This document shows positions 1 to 11,116 of a DNA stretch of 64,000 bases, one piece after another. A model generated the notes under the pieces. The model was not told where the DNA came from. It did no database searches and saw nothing but the letters and a program-made list of their open reading frames with translations. The stretch lies in assembly GCA_965218295.1 (NCBI GenBank), contig CBDCKN010000013.1, forward strand, positions 416,001-480,000, read 5' to 3'. Every line of letters starts with the position of its first letter. The stretch's first letter is position 1. Both the position numbers and the translations under genes were made by a program. This stretch comes from Longimicrobiales bacterium. Its GTDB lineage: Bacteria; Gemmatimonadota; Gemmatimonadetes; Longimicrobiales; Gaopeijiaceae.

Positions 1-657
1 CTTGAGCTTGTCGGCCAGCTCCGGGTCGTTCGTCGAGACGAGGCCGCCGTCTCCGAAGCTCCCGAGGTTTTTGGTCGGGAAGAAGCTGAACGCTCCGGCG
101 TCCCCGACGGCTCCGGCCTTGACCCCTCCCACAGACCCGGCGCTACCCGTACTGAGACACTGGGAGGCCCCAATAGCGTGCGCGGCGTCCTCCAAGACGA
201 ATCCGCCTCGCTCACGGGCCACCGCCCCGATCTCCGCCATGGGGGCCATCTGGCCGAAGAGATGCACGGGAATCACGCCCCGGGTCCGATCCGTCCATGC
301 CGCCGCCACCATCTCCGCGGTCACGTTTAAGGTGACGGGATCGACGTCGCAGAAGGCCGGCCGGTAGCCGGCGTTCCACACGGCGCCGGCGGTGGCGAAG
401 AAGGTGAAGGCCGGAATGACGACCTCGTCTTCGGATTGCCTCCAGAACGCCCGTAGGGGCAGCAGAAGGGCATCCGTGCCGCTCGCGCATCCGACCGTGT
501 ACCCCACCCCGATCATTTCGGCGAGGCTCGTCTCGAGCCGTTCTACGGGCTCACCCAGAATGAAGCGCTGCGAAAGCACGATCGCCCGGACGGCCTCGTC
601 CAACTCTCCGCTTATCGACTCGTACTGAGCCGTCAGATCGAGCAGTGGAATCTCCAT
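1..657 (-). CDS. DegT/DnrJ/EryC1/StrS family aminotransferase (3' end runs off the window)
   Basis: Manual translation gives MEIPLLDLTAQY...GCASGTDALLL...FSFFPTKNLGSFGDGG, the PLP-binding motif. Not in the ORF track because it is open at the window edge. Confidence 0.9.
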   Translation of the reverse strand, partial: MEIPLLDLTAQYESISGELDEAVRAIVLSQRFILGEPVERLETSLAEMIGVGYTVGCASGTDALLLPLRAFWRQSEDEVVIPAFTFFATAGAVWNAGYRPAFCDVDPVTLNVTAEMVAAAWTDRTRGVIPVHLFGQMAPMAEIGAVARERGGFVLEDAAHAIGASQCLSTGSAGSVGGVKAGAVGDAGAFSFFPTKNLGSFGDGGLVSTNDPELADKLK

Positions 658-701
658 GATGTCCTTTAGCAGTACACCTCAATCCCGGAGAAGCGGGACT
701 C

Positions 702-1937
702 TCATCGGCTCTCCCCCACCGCGACTCCGACCCGCCCAAGCGCTTCGGTGTACAGCCTCTCCATGTCTCCCGCCAGCCGTTCGATTGAATAGCACTCCAG
801 CACCCGCTTCCTGGCCGTCTCCCGCGTCTCTCTTGACGGAGGGTCACGCAGCGCGGTTTCCAGTACGCCCGCAAGCTCGTCGGCGGACGCGCTCCACACC
901 AGACGCCCCAGCCTGTCCCCCTCCAGCATTTCGGGCACGCCGCCCACCGCCCGCGATACTACGGGCGTGCCGCTCGCCAGGGACTCGAGCAGCGAGACTG
1001 GCGTGCCCTCGTCGAAGGACGTGAGAGCCGTCAGGTCGAACGCCGGATAGATCTCGGGCAGGTCCTGTCGCCATCCGAGCCAGTGGACGAGCCGATCAAG
1101 GCCCTTCTCGGCGGCATATCTCCTCAGGACCCCTTCCCTCTCCCCCGACCCCACCACCACAACATGTGGCGCCGGGTCCATACACTCCGCCAGTATCCCG
1201 ACCGCGTCGAAGAGCAGCTCGTGGTTCTTGACCGGCACCATGCGCCCCACGATGCCGATCACCGGACGGTCATCCTCGATGCTCAGTTGATCCCGTAACC
1301 GTCGGCGTGCCTCCCTCCGGTCCACGTCTGCGAAGGGCTGAAGGTCCAGCCCCAGCGGGATCACGGTGAAGCGCTCGGCGGGCGCCACGCCCAGATCCTC
1401 GGCCATCTCTCGGGCCTGTCGATGCGTGAGCACGATCAGCCGGTCCGTAGCCCGGGCGAGCTGTCGCTCGACTTCCAGGAAGAAGCGCGTCTTCAGCCGT
1501 GAAAAGTAGAGGCCGCCGAGCACGTGCCCGTGGAACGTGTGCACGATGATGGGCACGCCCGCAGCCAGGGCGGCCAGGCGGCCCACCGTGCCGGCCTTCG
1601 AAGTATGCGTGTGGACGATGCTCGGCCGCTCCCGGCGGAAGATCCTGAAGAGTGTGAGCAATGTCCGCAGATCCCTCCACGGCGAGAGGGGGCGCGACAT
1701 CCCGGCGATCTCGATCACGTCGACACCCCGATCGAGAGCGTAGTAGGTCATGTCGCCCTCATCCTCGGTAATACGGCCGGCGATGAGGCGCGTGCGGAAG
1801 CGCTCGGGGTCCAGTGCCTCGGCCAGGTGTACGACGTGCATGGCGGGCCCACCCGTGTTCAGGCGGGCGATGACGCGGTGGACGAGGATGGGGGTCATGG
1901 GACGGGCGGGCGTGCCCCGGCCCTCAGCCAGCTCCAC
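702..1937 (-). CDS. Glycosyltransferase family 4
   Basis: Motifs IARLNTGGPA, HTHTSKAG, EGTPVSLLESLASG. True start may be the ATG at 1898. Confidence 0.9.
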   Translation of the reverse strand: MELAEGRGTPARPMTPILVHRVIARLNTGGPAMHVVHLAEALDPERFRTRLIAGRITEDEGDMTYYALDRGVDVIEIAGMSRPLSPWRDLRTLLTLFRIFRRERPSIVHTHTSKAGTVGRLAALAAGVPIIVHTFHGHVLGGLYFSRLKTRFFLEVERQLARATDRLIVLTHRQAREMAEDLGVAPAERFTVIPLGLDLQPFADVDRREARRRLRDQLSIEDDRPVIGIVGRMVPVKNHELLFDAVGILAECMDPAPHVVVVGSGEREGVLRRYAAEKGLDRLVHWLGWRQDLPEIYPAFDLTALTSFDEGTPVSLLESLASGTPVVSRAVGGVPEMLEGDRLGRLVWSASADELAGVLETALRDPPSRETRETARKRVLECYSIERLAGDMERLYTEALGRVGVAVGESR

Positions 1938-3255
1938 CCTTCACGATCCACGCACCTGCCCGTGTGCCATGCTCGTTCAGGAGAGGCGCCGTCACGTGGC
2001 GGGCGTCCACCACGACACCGGCCAGCTCGAGCACGCGCCCGTAGTCCACCTCCGAGTGATCCGTGACGATGACGACCGCGTCGGCCTCGGAAAGGGCCTC
2101 GTCCGTCAGCGCTACCGAGGACAGGGAGGTTCCGTCCTCAGCCACTTCCGGCACGAAGGGGTCGTGGTACTCCACCTGTGCACCGTCGGCCGCAAGGAGC
2201 CGGATGATGTCCAGGGCCGGTGACTCCCGGACGTCATTGACGTCCCTCTTGTACGCCACCCCCAGAACGAGGATGCGGGCGCCGTTCACGGCCCTCCTGC
2301 TGGCGTTCAGAGCCGCCCGTACCTTCCCCACGACGAACTGCGGCATCTCCGCGTTTATCTCCGAAGCCAGCTCGATGAAGCGGGTACGGTAGTCCAACGT
2401 CCGCATCTTCCAGGCGAGGTAGTGGGGATCCACCGGAATGCAGTGCCCTCCCAGACCCGGTCCCGGCGTGAACTTCATGAAGCCGAAGGGCTTGGTGGCG
2501 GCCGCTTCGATGACCTCCCAGACGTCCACCTTCAGGCGGTCGGCGATGAGGGCGATCTCGTTCACCATGGCGATGTTCACCGCCCGGAACGTGTTCTCCA
2601 GGATCTTGACCATCTCCGCTGCCTCGGTGGACGAGACCTCCACCATCGTGTCGATGAACCGCTCGTAGACGCCCAATCCAGCTTCCGCGCAGGTAGGAGT
2701 GATGCCCCCGAGCACCTTGGGCGTGTTCTTCGTCTTCCACACGGCGTTCCCAGGGTCGACGCGCTCGGGAGAGAAGCACAAGAAGAAGTCCTTCCCGACA
2801 TGCAGGCCCGTGCGCTCCAGGGTCGGCAGAAGGACCTCCCTGGTGGTGCCTGGATAGGTGGTCGACTCGAGGACCACGAGCTGACCGGGACGCAGCGCTG
2901 CGGCCACGGCCTCGGACGCGGCGATCACGTGGGAGACGTCGGGGTCCTGGGTCTTGGAGAGCGGCGTGGGGACGGAGATCGAGATCGCGTCGCACTCGGC
3001 GAGCCGCACCATGTCCGTGGTGGCGTCGAGGCGGCCGGTGTCGAGTGCCTCCGCCAGCTCCGCGTCGGTGACGTCCTCGATGTGGCTCCGGCCCGCGTTC
3101 ACGCCCTGCACAACCACCGGTTCGATGTCGAACCCTACCGCTCGGAGTCCCGAGCGGGCGATCTCCACAGAGAGGGGCAGGCCCACGTAGCCCAGTCCGA
3201 TGACCCCAACGGTGAGGTCGCCGGTGCGCAGGTGCTCGATGGGCGAATCGGTCAT
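1924..3255 (-). CDS. Nucleotide-sugar dehydrogenase (UDP-GlcNAc/GalNAc 6-dehydrogenase family)
   Basis: Motifs GLGYVGLP, ESTTYPGTT, SPERVDPGN, GGHCIPVDP. Start trimmed to MTDSPIEH. Confidence 0.92.
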   Translation of the reverse strand: MTDSPIEHLRTGDLTVGVIGLGYVGLPLSVEIARSGLRAVGFDIEPVVVQGVNAGRSHIEDVTDAELAEALDTGRLDATTDMVRLAECDAISISVPTPLSKTQDPDVSHVIAASEAVAAALRPGQLVVLESTTYPGTTREVLLPTLERTGLHVGKDFFLCFSPERVDPGNAVWKTKNTPKVLGGITPTCAEAGLGVYERFIDTMVEVSSTEAAEMVKILENTFRAVNIAMVNEIALIADRLKVDVWEVIEAAATKPFGFMKFTPGPGLGGHCIPVDPHYLAWKMRTLDYRTRFIELASEINAEMPQFVVGKVRAALNASRRAVNGARILVLGVAYKRDVNDVRESPALDIIRLLAADGAQVEYHDPFVPEVAEDGTSLSSVALTDEALSEADAVVIVTDHSEVDYGRVLELAGVVVDARHVTAPLLNEHGTRAGAWIVKGGAG

Positions 3256-3407
3256 GAGTCGGTGAGACACGGATGATGGGTGGATCGGTGGCCGGAGCGG
3301 CCGCACCGAATATGACGGCTGAAAAGAGGCGCTACAAGGCGGAACCGACCGCTCGAGCGTCGAATGACGTCGGGGAGTCCGCATCATGCTGCTTGAATTT
3401 GAGGGCG

Positions 3408-4090
3408 ATGTCTCCGACGTTCGCCTACGGAGAGACAGCCTCGACGGGGCCCCCAACGCACTCTGGAGGCACACCGAGCCCTATGGTTCCATACGATCGC
3501 CCGCCCACCGGCATCATCCAGGGTGAGGATGGCAGCATTTCGTGCTTCCTGGAAGCGGGGGCTGATGGAAACATCGACTGGGGGACGGTAGCCAGCTTCG
3601 GCGACGAGTGGGGCAAATTCCGACGTTTTGACGAGCCGGAGCTCCGCGTCCCAGGCGATCAGTACTTCGATGTGGTCGAGGACGGCATGGTCACCCCGGA
3701 CAGCCTGGTCCTCGACGTCGGATGCGGAAGCGGGCGCTGGACGAAGTTTCTGGCCCCCCGTGCTGGCTTCATCGAGGCTGTCGATCCCAGTGATGCCGTC
3801 CTCACGGCGCAACGCTTCCTCGGCGATTTCGACAACGTTCGACTCACTCAGGCCGGAGTGGACGAGCTCCCCTTTGCGGACGACAGCTTCGACTTCGTAT
3901 TCAGCCTGGGGGTGCTTCATCACGTTCCCGATACCGCACAGGCCATGCGACGCTGCGTCGCGAAGCTCAAACCGGGTGGGCACTTTCTGGTGTACCTATA
4001 ACGACCTCGACAACCGAGGCCCCCTCTACCGCGCCGTGTTCGTCATGAGCACGTTGATTCGTCGCATCGTGGCCGGCCTCCCGAAGCGCC
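3408..4090 (+). pseudogene. Class I SAM-dependent methyltransferase, frameshifted and truncated
   Basis: Motifs VLDVGCGSGRW and SLGVLHH. The frame stops at FLVYL* (4001) while the expected continuation DLDNRGPLYRAVF... lies in another frame and then breaks off. Confidence 0.7.
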
Positions 4091-5409
4091 CCAGATCTCG
4101 TCTTCCACCATCCCGTCTGCACGATCACGCGCTCCTTCAACCAAGACAGCCCGACTCCGGTGAAGACGAAGAAGAGAGGCATGATCTGAGCCCGATGCCG
4201 ATACGCCGTACCGAAATTCCCCTCCACAAGCCCGTAACTCGAGACCACGATCACGAGTACGGAGAGCACGATCAAAACGTTCGTGACGCGGCCTCGCAGC
4301 GAGATCCTCCACCCCTGAAGAGCGAGAAGGAAGAGCGGATACCAGAGCAGGGTCTCGGGCATGGCGGTCAGCTGAAGCGAAGTCTCGATGGCCCATGGGA
4401 ATGGAGCGAAGAGAAGGTAGGAGACCCCCAGGGGAAGATACCTCAGCGCGCCTCCGATGGTCTCGGTCTCGGCGCCCACACCGAAGGCGGAGGTCGCTTG
4501 CGCCTGGAGGCCCAGACGGAGGACCTGAGCCGTTTCCAGAGCGGACTCCGGCCGGAGCGTGGAGAACAGCCCCACCTGGTCGGCGAAGTAGGTGAAGGCC
4601 AGCGCCACCACGGTGCCGAAGGCCATGGTGCCGAATACCCGGTCAGGGCGTAGCGCCGCGAAGCTGCCGATGGCAAGCCCCGCGACCACCAGGAAGGCCA
4701 TGTAGTCCCTCAACAGGCCGAGACCGACCAGCGCGGCTGCGAAGATGCAGACGTGTGAGATGCGGAATCTCCTCGACAAGCGCGCACCATAGAGGACCAG
4801 CAGGACGATAAAGAACGTGGCCAGTGCGTCGCGGATGTTCAGGATCGACCAGAGGACCAGGGACGGGAAGAAGCTGGTGAGCAGGGCGGCCATTTTGGCG
4901 GCTCTGACAGACAGGAATTCCCTGGTCAAGTGGAAGGTCAGGAGCGCCGTCCACACTCCAGCGAACATGTTGAGGACCACGAGCGCAATGCGTGATTCGC
5001 CGAAGATGAAGTAGAACACAGCATTGAGATGATAGTATCCGGGACGCCAGCCTTCTCGAATGGCCCGTGGCGCGAGCCCTACACCCGACCAGTAGTCACT
5101 GATCTCCTTCCCGACCCGCTCATACCCGATGGCATCGGGCGCGAAGAAATACGGAGTGAGCTGGAAGTGAATCACGAGCGCGAGAAGTACGCGCAGCCCC
5201 AGGGTCGCGAAGACCAGTCGCGTCAGCCACCGTCTTACTCCGACATCTTGCTCTCGGGATAGACCCGCGACGGTGAGACCGAGAAGAACGATGAACTCGA
5301 TGGAAAACGGGAGGGCCACCCCGGGGTTCTCAATGACCGCCAGGCCCAGTAGCGCAGACGCCACCGCAACCGTGAGGATGGCGATGGCGCCGGCGTTGGA
5401 AGACCTCAC
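3967..5409 (-). CDS. Polytopic membrane protein, GT-C/Wzy-like polysaccharide polymerase candidate
   Basis: Many hydrophobic helices, motifs PDAIGYE and NFGTAYRHRAQ, located in a sugar-biosynthesis cluster. Confidence 0.7.
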   Translation of the reverse strand: MRSSNAGAIAILTVAVASALLGLAVIENPGVALPFSIEFIVLLGLTVAGLSREQDVGVRRWLTRLVFATLGLRVLLALVIHFQLTPYFFAPDAIGYERVGKEISDYWSGVGLAPRAIREGWRPGYYHLNAVFYFIFGESRIALVVLNMFAGVWTALLTFHLTREFLSVRAAKMAALLTSFFPSLVLWSILNIRDALATFFIVLLVLYGARLSRRFRISHVCIFAAALVGLGLLRDYMAFLVVAGLAIGSFAALRPDRVFGTMAFGTVVALAFTYFADQVGLFSTLRPESALETAQVLRLGLQAQATSAFGVGAETETIGGALRYLPLGVSYLLFAPFPWAIETSLQLTAMPETLLWYPLFLLALQGWRISLRGRVTNVLIVLSVLVIVVSSYGLVEGNFGTAYRHRAQIMPLFFVFTGVGLSWLKERVIVQTGWWKTRSGALREAGHDATNQRAHDEHGAVEGASVVEVVIGTPESAHPV

Positions 5410-6835
5410 GCGTGCTCGGTCCCGGACACTCGGAGGGTGAGCTCGGACTCGTCACCTCCCTGCCACATTTCCCCCGCCTTCCACCATCGACCCTGAGCCC
5501 ACTCGGGCATCCCGGCCAACCCCACCATACCCAGCAACGCCCAGACGTGTCTGAAGTCCTCGCTGGCGACGGCGATGCCGTGGACGGCGACGGCAAAGAG
5601 CGCAAGCAGGAGAGCCGCGTTACGCCGCGTGGTACCGTCGCGGATCAACGCCCGTACCAGAATCACCACCGCACCGGTGATCAGTGCGAACCCCACCAGG
5701 CCGTATTGACCGAGGAGACTCAGATAGAGGTTATGGGCGTCCCAGGGCGAGAGCGTGCTCGAGCCGCTGAGGGGGTCCATGGCTTCTGCCAGATAGGGGC
5801 TCGCGCCCACTCCTGCCAAAGGCGACTCCAGGACCGCCTGCCACGCAGAGGCCCAGATGCCCCATCGGATCCCGCTGGCCGAGATGGACAGGCCACCGAG
5901 GTTGAAGCCCATGGGAAGGAGCAGCCCCATCAACGTCGTTGTGAAGATCGTCACGCCAGCCACCAGGAGAATCACCGGACCGGGCCGCTTCCGATCGAGT
6001 GAGACCCGGCCATGGCGCTGGCGCATCGTGAGGAGCCCGATGACCGCCAGCAGAACCCCCGCTCCGATCCACACCGACGAGACCGTCAGGAAGAGGGTCA
6101 TGCCCAAAACCCATGCACCTACCGTGGCCCAGACACCGAAGTCCTGGCTGAGGGGACGCCAGCGGGCCCAGAGAAGCGCTCCGGACACCACCAGGTAGTC
6201 GCCGAACATGGTAGGGTGAAGGAACGGTCCTGACAGCCGGGGTGCTGGCAATCCACGGATCGAGCCGCCTCGGAAGAGCACTTGCTCATGGAGGGGATCG
6301 GGTCCGACGCGAAGACCCACGTGACGACAAGAGAGATCGCCGTGCCGAGGAGCCACGCGTCAGCCGCCTTGCCCCACTCCGCCCCGCACCAGATGATGGC
6401 CAAGGCGCCCAGTCCGAGGGCTGCGTACGCTACGCCCTTGGTAAGGGCGTAGCCCGTGTGAACGCCCCACGCACCCCCCAAGGCGCCCCACACGCTGAAT
6501 GCCATGAAGAACAGTGCTGCGACGTGGAACGCCCTATGCACAGGGAGAAGGGGCACGCCCTCTCTCCTGCGGCTCAGGTAGTGCGGGATCATCCGGCCGA
6601 GGTCGGCGATGCCGGCCAAAATGACGATGGCAAGGAAGACATCGCTCAGCGTGGCCATGGCGCCGTTCACCGGCATCACGAAGAGGTGGCCGATGGGCAA
6701 GACAACAAGATAGCCGAAGACGGCGTAGCGCAGGATCAGCGGATCCAGAATGGGCTCTGATGGCTCCGGTAGGTCCGGCCCGGACTCCGCGGCCAGCCCG
6801 GCACCCGCGTCCAAGCCAGGAGCTTCATCGCTCAC
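5406..6835 (-). pseudogene. O-antigen ligase/Wzy family protein split by a frameshift near 6310-6325
   Basis: N-terminal transmembrane part is in the frame of ORF 6119..7195 (GTG at 6835 overlapping the hemD stop). C-terminal part (RLSGPFLHPT, IRWGIW, DAHNLYL) is in the frame of ORF 5406..6356. Could be a sequencing error. Confidence 0.7.
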
Positions 6836-7638
6836 GAGAGTTCTCCCGTACAGTGCCTTACCACAGCCCGCACCAACCCCGCAACCGTGAACTCCTCGGC
6901 CTCGACCACAACGTCGTAGCCGAGCTCCCGAGCGGCCGATGCCGTCACCGGGCCTATGACGGCGGCCCGAGCGATCGGCGGCCCTTCGACAAGCCGATGA
7001 AAGCCCCGGACGGACGAAGGTGATGTGAAGGTAATCAGGTCCACCCCCTTCTCGAGCTGGGCGAGTAAGTGGGGTGGAGCGTCGTCGACTGCCACCGTCC
7101 GGTGTGTCGTGACGACGTCTACCACTGCACCCCGTCCCCGAAGCCCTGTCGGTAAAACGTCTCTGGCCCCGGCGGCCACCGGAAGGAGCACGCACCGGCC
7201 GTCCAGGGGGCCGGCTGCCGCCAAGGCATCCAAGACTCCCTCGGCCACATGGGTCTCGGGTACCAGGTCAACAGAGAGACCGATGGCCTCCGCGGCCCGC
7301 GCGGTCGCGGGTCCAATGCAGCAGACGGACACCTCGCGCACACATTCACGTATGTCGAGATCAGCCTCGTCGGCCGCCGCTCGGAAAGCGAGCACGCCGT
7401 TGGTGGACGTGAAGATCACCCAATCGTGGTCGGCTTCGCCCCGTACCACCCTCTCCAACGGCTCTGGATCCGCGGGGGGTTCGATCCGGATGGTGGGTAT
7501 CCGTATGACGCGGGCCCCAAGACTCTCCAGCGCTTCAGCCAGCTCCTCGGCTTGCGCCTTCGGCCTGGTAACAACCACGGTCCGGTCGGCCAAGGGGGGG
7601 ACACCAACCGACACTCCAAATGTTTCGGCAGGGTTCAT
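6832..7638 (-). CDS. hemD: Uroporphyrinogen-III synthase
   Basis: Motifs VVVTRPKAQA, WVIFTSTNGV, CIGPATA, FTSPSSV. Confidence 0.9.
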   Translation of the reverse strand: MNPAETFGVSVGVPPLADRTVVVTRPKAQAEELAEALESLGARVIRIPTIRIEPPADPEPLERVVRGEADHDWVIFTSTNGVLAFRAAADEADLDIRECVREVSVCCIGPATARAAEAIGLSVDLVPETHVAEGVLDALAAAGPLDGRCVLLPVAAGARDVLPTGLRGRGAVVDVVTTHRTVAVDDAPPHLLAQLEKGVDLITFTSPSSVRGFHRLVEGPPIARAAVIGPVTASAARELGYDVVVEAEEFTVAGLVRAVVRHCTGELS

Positions 7639-7751
7639 GTGCCCTAATATATCCCCCCGGCTCAGTCGAGGGCGAAGTCACGTTTGCCAGGGGAAGTCTT
7701 CGTGATGGGACGCCATGCGAGCCTATTCGTGTGGCTCGAGGGCGAGGCGGT

Positions 7752-7967
7752 CTAGACTTCGGCCACCTTGACCGGAGGTGCCTTGGTGACTCTCCCGCCT
7801 TTGATGCAGGTCGTGCAGACCCGCACGCGACGCCGGTCGCCCTCCGGGGTCACGATCTTGACGGTCTGCAGGTTGGGAAGCCAACGCCGCTTCGTCTTGT
7901 TGTGGGCGTGACTCACGTTGTTCCCTGTCGCGGGTCGCTTGCCGCACATGTAACACACTCGAGCCAT
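7752..7967 (-). CDS. rpmB: 50S ribosomal protein L28
   Basis: [20 protein letters not shown]. Confidence 0.97.
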   Translation of the reverse strand: MARVCYMCGKRPATGNNVSHAHNKTKRRWLPNLQTVKIVTPEGDRRRVRVCTTCIKGGRVTKAPPVKVAEV

Positions 7968-7992
7968 TCTTTATACCCTCGGGCTCAGCCCG

Positions 7993-8565
7993 TCAGTTAT
8001 CTCTACTGCCGTCGTCACCGCCGCCGCCGGCCATGACGACGACGTCCACCACTTCCAGGAACGACTGCGCGAAGGTCGCCAGAATCTTGTCGTCTTCCGT
8101 GATGGCACCGGTAGCTACCCAGTCGTCCGCCACGCTATCGCTCATGGCGTAGACCCTTCCGACCACCGAAACCCGCGAGCCGCTCGGGACCGATACGGCG
8201 TCCGCCACGACCAGCGCTCCCATCTTGATGAGGTACGGACCCGGCTGGTTGGGCATCTCCACGAAGAAGGCCTGGGAGCCCACTGCGCTCTGCACCGACA
8301 GGTTGTTTATGCGAAAGAAGCCGTTGCTGTGCGCCATGGGGTCGGACCCGAACACGGCCGCCTCCACCACGGGAGCCGAGCCGAGCCCCTCCGAGTCGCC
8401 GAAGGTGTCCTCGACCACCGCGACTTCTATGTTCGCCGCCTTCATGTTCAGCCACGCCAGAAAGCCGCCCACGATGACGAAGGCCAACATCATCAGAACG
8501 AGAGATCCTCTGTCAGAGGCGCCTTTGGGGGACCCCAACGATGTCATTTCGTGCTGTACTCCCAA
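7993..8565 (-). CDS. Hypothetical membrane-anchored protein
   Basis: N-terminal transmembrane helix, same strand as and between rplQ and rpmB. Start uncertain. Confidence 0.7.
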   Translation of the reverse strand: MGVQHEMTSLGSPKGASDRGSLVLMMLAFVIVGGFLAWLNMKAANIEVAVVEDTFGDSEGLGSAPVVEAAVFGSDPMAHSNGFFRINNLSVQSAVGSQAFFVEMPNQPGPYLIKMGALVVADAVSVPSGSRVSVVGRVYAMSDSVADDWVATGAITEDDKILATFAQSFLEVVDVVVMAGGGGDDGSRDN

Positions 8566-8602
8566 CTCTTGGTCAGTACGAGACCTTCGAGGTCCCGCCA
8601 GT

Positions 8603-8956
8603 CTACTCGACCAACTCGATCAGCGCCATCTCTGCGGCGTCCCCACGACGATTCCCCAACTTGAGGATGCGGGTGTATCCGCCCGGCCGTTCGGTGAACC
8701 GCAGGCCGATGTCGTCGAAGAGCTTGCCGAGGACCGCACGGTCCGCGATCTGGCGACCCGCCAGACGGCGGGCGTGCAGGTCACCCCTCTTGCCCAGAGT
8801 GATGAGCCGCTCGGCGAAGGGACGGAGCTCCTTGGCCTTGGCCGTCGTCGTCTCGATCCGCTCGTGCTGGAAGAGGGACGTGGCCATGTTGCGGAGCGTC
8901 GCCTTCCTGTGACTCGCGCTTCGGGAGAGGGCCCGGCCCTTCTTTCGATGCCTCAT
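8603..8956 (-). CDS. rplQ: 50S ribosomal protein L17
   Basis: [12 protein letters not shown]...[10 protein letters not shown]. Confidence 0.98.
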   Translation of the reverse strand: MRHRKKGRALSRSASHRKATLRNMATSLFQHERIETTTAKAKELRPFAERLITLGKRGDLHARRLAGRQIADRAVLGKLFDDIGLRFTERPGGYTRILKLGNRRGDAAEMALIELVE

Positions 8957-8964
8957 GATGAGCC

Positions 8965-10023
8965 TTACTCCTCGCTGGCCTCGGCCGGCTCGACCGGATC
9001 CTCGTCCACGAGGAAGAGCTGGCCATCGTCGCCCTCCCTGAGGCTCATGCCGAACCGGAGGCCGTGCTCATCCAGGAAGTCGGAGATCTCCTTGAGCGAC
9101 TTCTTACCGAAGTTCTCGATCCCCAGCATCTCGTCCTCCGAGCGCTGAACGAGGTCGCCCAGAGTCCGGATGTTCTCCTTCTGCAAGGAGTTACGGGACC
9201 GAACGCTGAGCTCGGCCAGATCCTCGATTGGCCGGTCGAACAGATCGCGCAGCCGGTCGGGGACCTCCACGGCGCCCGGAGGCGTCAGCTGAGGCATTCC
9301 ACCCTCACCGAAGTAGAGCATGAATTCGAGGTGCTTCCGAACCAGCTCCGCAGCGTAGCGAACGGCCGACTCCGGATCGACGGATCCGTTGGTCTCGATG
9401 AAGAGCGTCAGCCGATCGAAGTCGGTGCGCTGCCCGACCCGCGTCTCCTCCACCGCGAAGTTAGCGCGCAGGACCGGGTTGTAGATCGAGTCGATGCGAA
9501 CCATGTCCACGGGCGCGCCCCGGGGCAGCTCATGTTGGCTCGCGAGAACGAAGCCCCGCCCCTTGTTGACGTGCAGCTCGATGTTGAGCTTGCGCTTGTC
9601 CTGCACGGTCATCAGGTGATGATCCGGATCGTGGATCGTCACGCCCGCCGCCGGCTTGATCTCGGCCGCCGTCACGGGACCCACTCCGGTCACGCGGATC
9701 GCGAGGGTCGCCTCGTCGATATCGTCGTCCAGTGTGACGACCAGGGCCTTGAGGTTCTGGATGACCTGGTGGACGTCTTCCACCACGCCCTGGATGGTCT
9801 GGTGCTCGTGCACCACACCGTCGATCCGGAACGCCCACACAGCTGCCCCACGAAGCGACGAGAGGAGCACCCTTCGAACCGAGTTGCCAAGGGTGTGTCC
9901 GAAGCCGCGCTCGAGAGGCTCGATCACGAACTCGGCCGAGTGCCCGTCTTCGGAGGTCCCGGCGACCTCGATCCGCTCGGGTAGTACCAATCCAGTTAGA
10001 TCTATTTGCACGGAAGACTCCAT
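8965..10023 (-). CDS. rpoA: RNA polymerase subunit alpha
   Basis: [21 protein letters not shown] and [10 protein letters not shown]. Start trimmed to the ATG overlapping the rpsD stop. Confidence 0.97.
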   Translation of the reverse strand: MESSVQIDLTGLVLPERIEVAGTSEDGHSAEFVIEPLERGFGHTLGNSVRRVLLSSLRGAAVWAFRIDGVVHEHQTIQGVVEDVHQVIQNLKALVVTLDDDIDEATLAIRVTGVGPVTAAEIKPAAGVTIHDPDHHLMTVQDKRKLNIELHVNKGRGFVLASQHELPRGAPVDMVRIDSIYNPVLRANFAVEETRVGQRTDFDRLTLFIETNGSVDPESAVRYAAELVRKHLEFMLYFGEGGMPQLTPPGAVEVPDRLRDLFDRPIEDLAELSVRSRNSLQKENIRTLGDLVQRSEDEMLGIENFGKKSLKEISDFLDEHGLRFGMSLREGDDGQLFLVDEDPVEPAEASEE

Positions 10024-10658
10024 TACTTCGAGTAAAGCTCCACGATGAGCTGTTCCTGGACCGCCAGCGGAATGTCCTGACGGGTGGGACGACGGGTCAC
10101 GCGGCCGACGCGATTCTTCTCGTCCAGCGCGAGCCACTCCACGAGAGCGGGGCGGGTCCGGGCTTCGAGGCTCGCCTGCACCGACGCCAGGTCCCTGGAC
10201 TTGGGTCGTATGGCCACTTCGTCGCCGGAGCCTACCTGATAGGACGGAACGTCCACGACGCGCCCGTTCACCTCCACGTGGCGATGCCGGACGACCTGCC
10301 GGGCGGCGCTTCGGCTTGGTGCGAATCCCATCCGGAAGATCACGTTGTCGAGACGGGACTCGAGGGAGATGAGCATGTTCTCCCCCGTGATGCCATCGCG
10401 GGTGGAGGCGCGCTCGAAGAGGGTTCGGAACGGGCGCTCGTGGAGCCCGTAGATCCTCTTGACCTTCTGCTTCTCACGGAGCTGGACGGCGTAGTCGGAC
10501 TGCTTGCGCCGCCGTGCGTGGGCCGGGCCGTGCTGACCCGGAGGGTACGCGCGCCGCTCTACGGGGCACTTCTCCGTGTAGCACTTCGGTCCCTTCAGAA
10601 AGAGCTTCTGCCCCTCACGCCTGCAGAGCTTGCAAACCGGTCCCGTGTATCGTGCCAT
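10023..10658 (-). CDS. rpsD: 30S ribosomal protein S4
   Basis: MARYTGPVCKLCRREG...LIVELYSK. Confidence 0.98.
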   Translation of the reverse strand: MARYTGPVCKLCRREGQKLFLKGPKCYTEKCPVERRAYPPGQHGPAHARRRKQSDYAVQLREKQKVKRIYGLHERPFRTLFERASTRDGITGENMLISLESRLDNVIFRMGFAPSRSAARQVVRHRHVEVNGRVVDVPSYQVGSGDEVAIRPKSRDLASVQASLEARTRPALVEWLALDEKNRVGRVTRRPTRQDIPLAVQEQLIVELYSK

Positions 10659-10669
10659 GCTGTTCTCTT

Positions 10670-11059
10670 CTAGACCCGGCGCTTCTTGGGCGGGCGGCAT
10701 CCGTTGTGGGGAAGCGGGGTCACATCCTGAATGGCCTTGATCTGCAGTCCCGCGGCCGAAAGGGCCTGGATGGCCGACTCACGCCCGGAGCCCGGCCCCT
10801 GCACTCGGACGTTCACGCGCCTCACCCCCATCGCCACCGCCTCGCGTCCGCACTGCTCGGCGGCCACCGTAGCGGCGAAGGGCGTCGACTTCTTGGAGCC
10901 CTTGAAGCCGGCCTTGCCGGCGCTGCCCCACACGATGGTGTTGCCTGCGTTGTCGGTGATCGTGATGAGCGTGTTGTTGAACGTCGCCTTGATGTGCGCG
11001 ACCCCCTCCGCCTCTACGATCTTCTTGCTGCGCCTACGCGGCGACGTTACTTCGGCCAC
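10670..11059 (-). CDS. rpsK: 30S ribosomal protein S11
   Basis: [13 protein letters not shown] and [13 protein letters not shown]. Confidence 0.98.
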   Translation of the reverse strand: MAEVTSPRRRSKKIVEAEGVAHIKATFNNTLITITDNAGNTIVWGSAGKAGFKGSKKSTPFAATVAAEQCGREAVAMGVRRVNVRVQGPGSGRESAIQALSAAGLQIKAIQDVTPLPHNGCRPPKKRRV

Positions 11060-11116
11060 TCGTTACCGTCCTTCGTGTCTTGATCGAAAGCGTTTCTCTA
11101 TGCTCGATGTGCTCGA

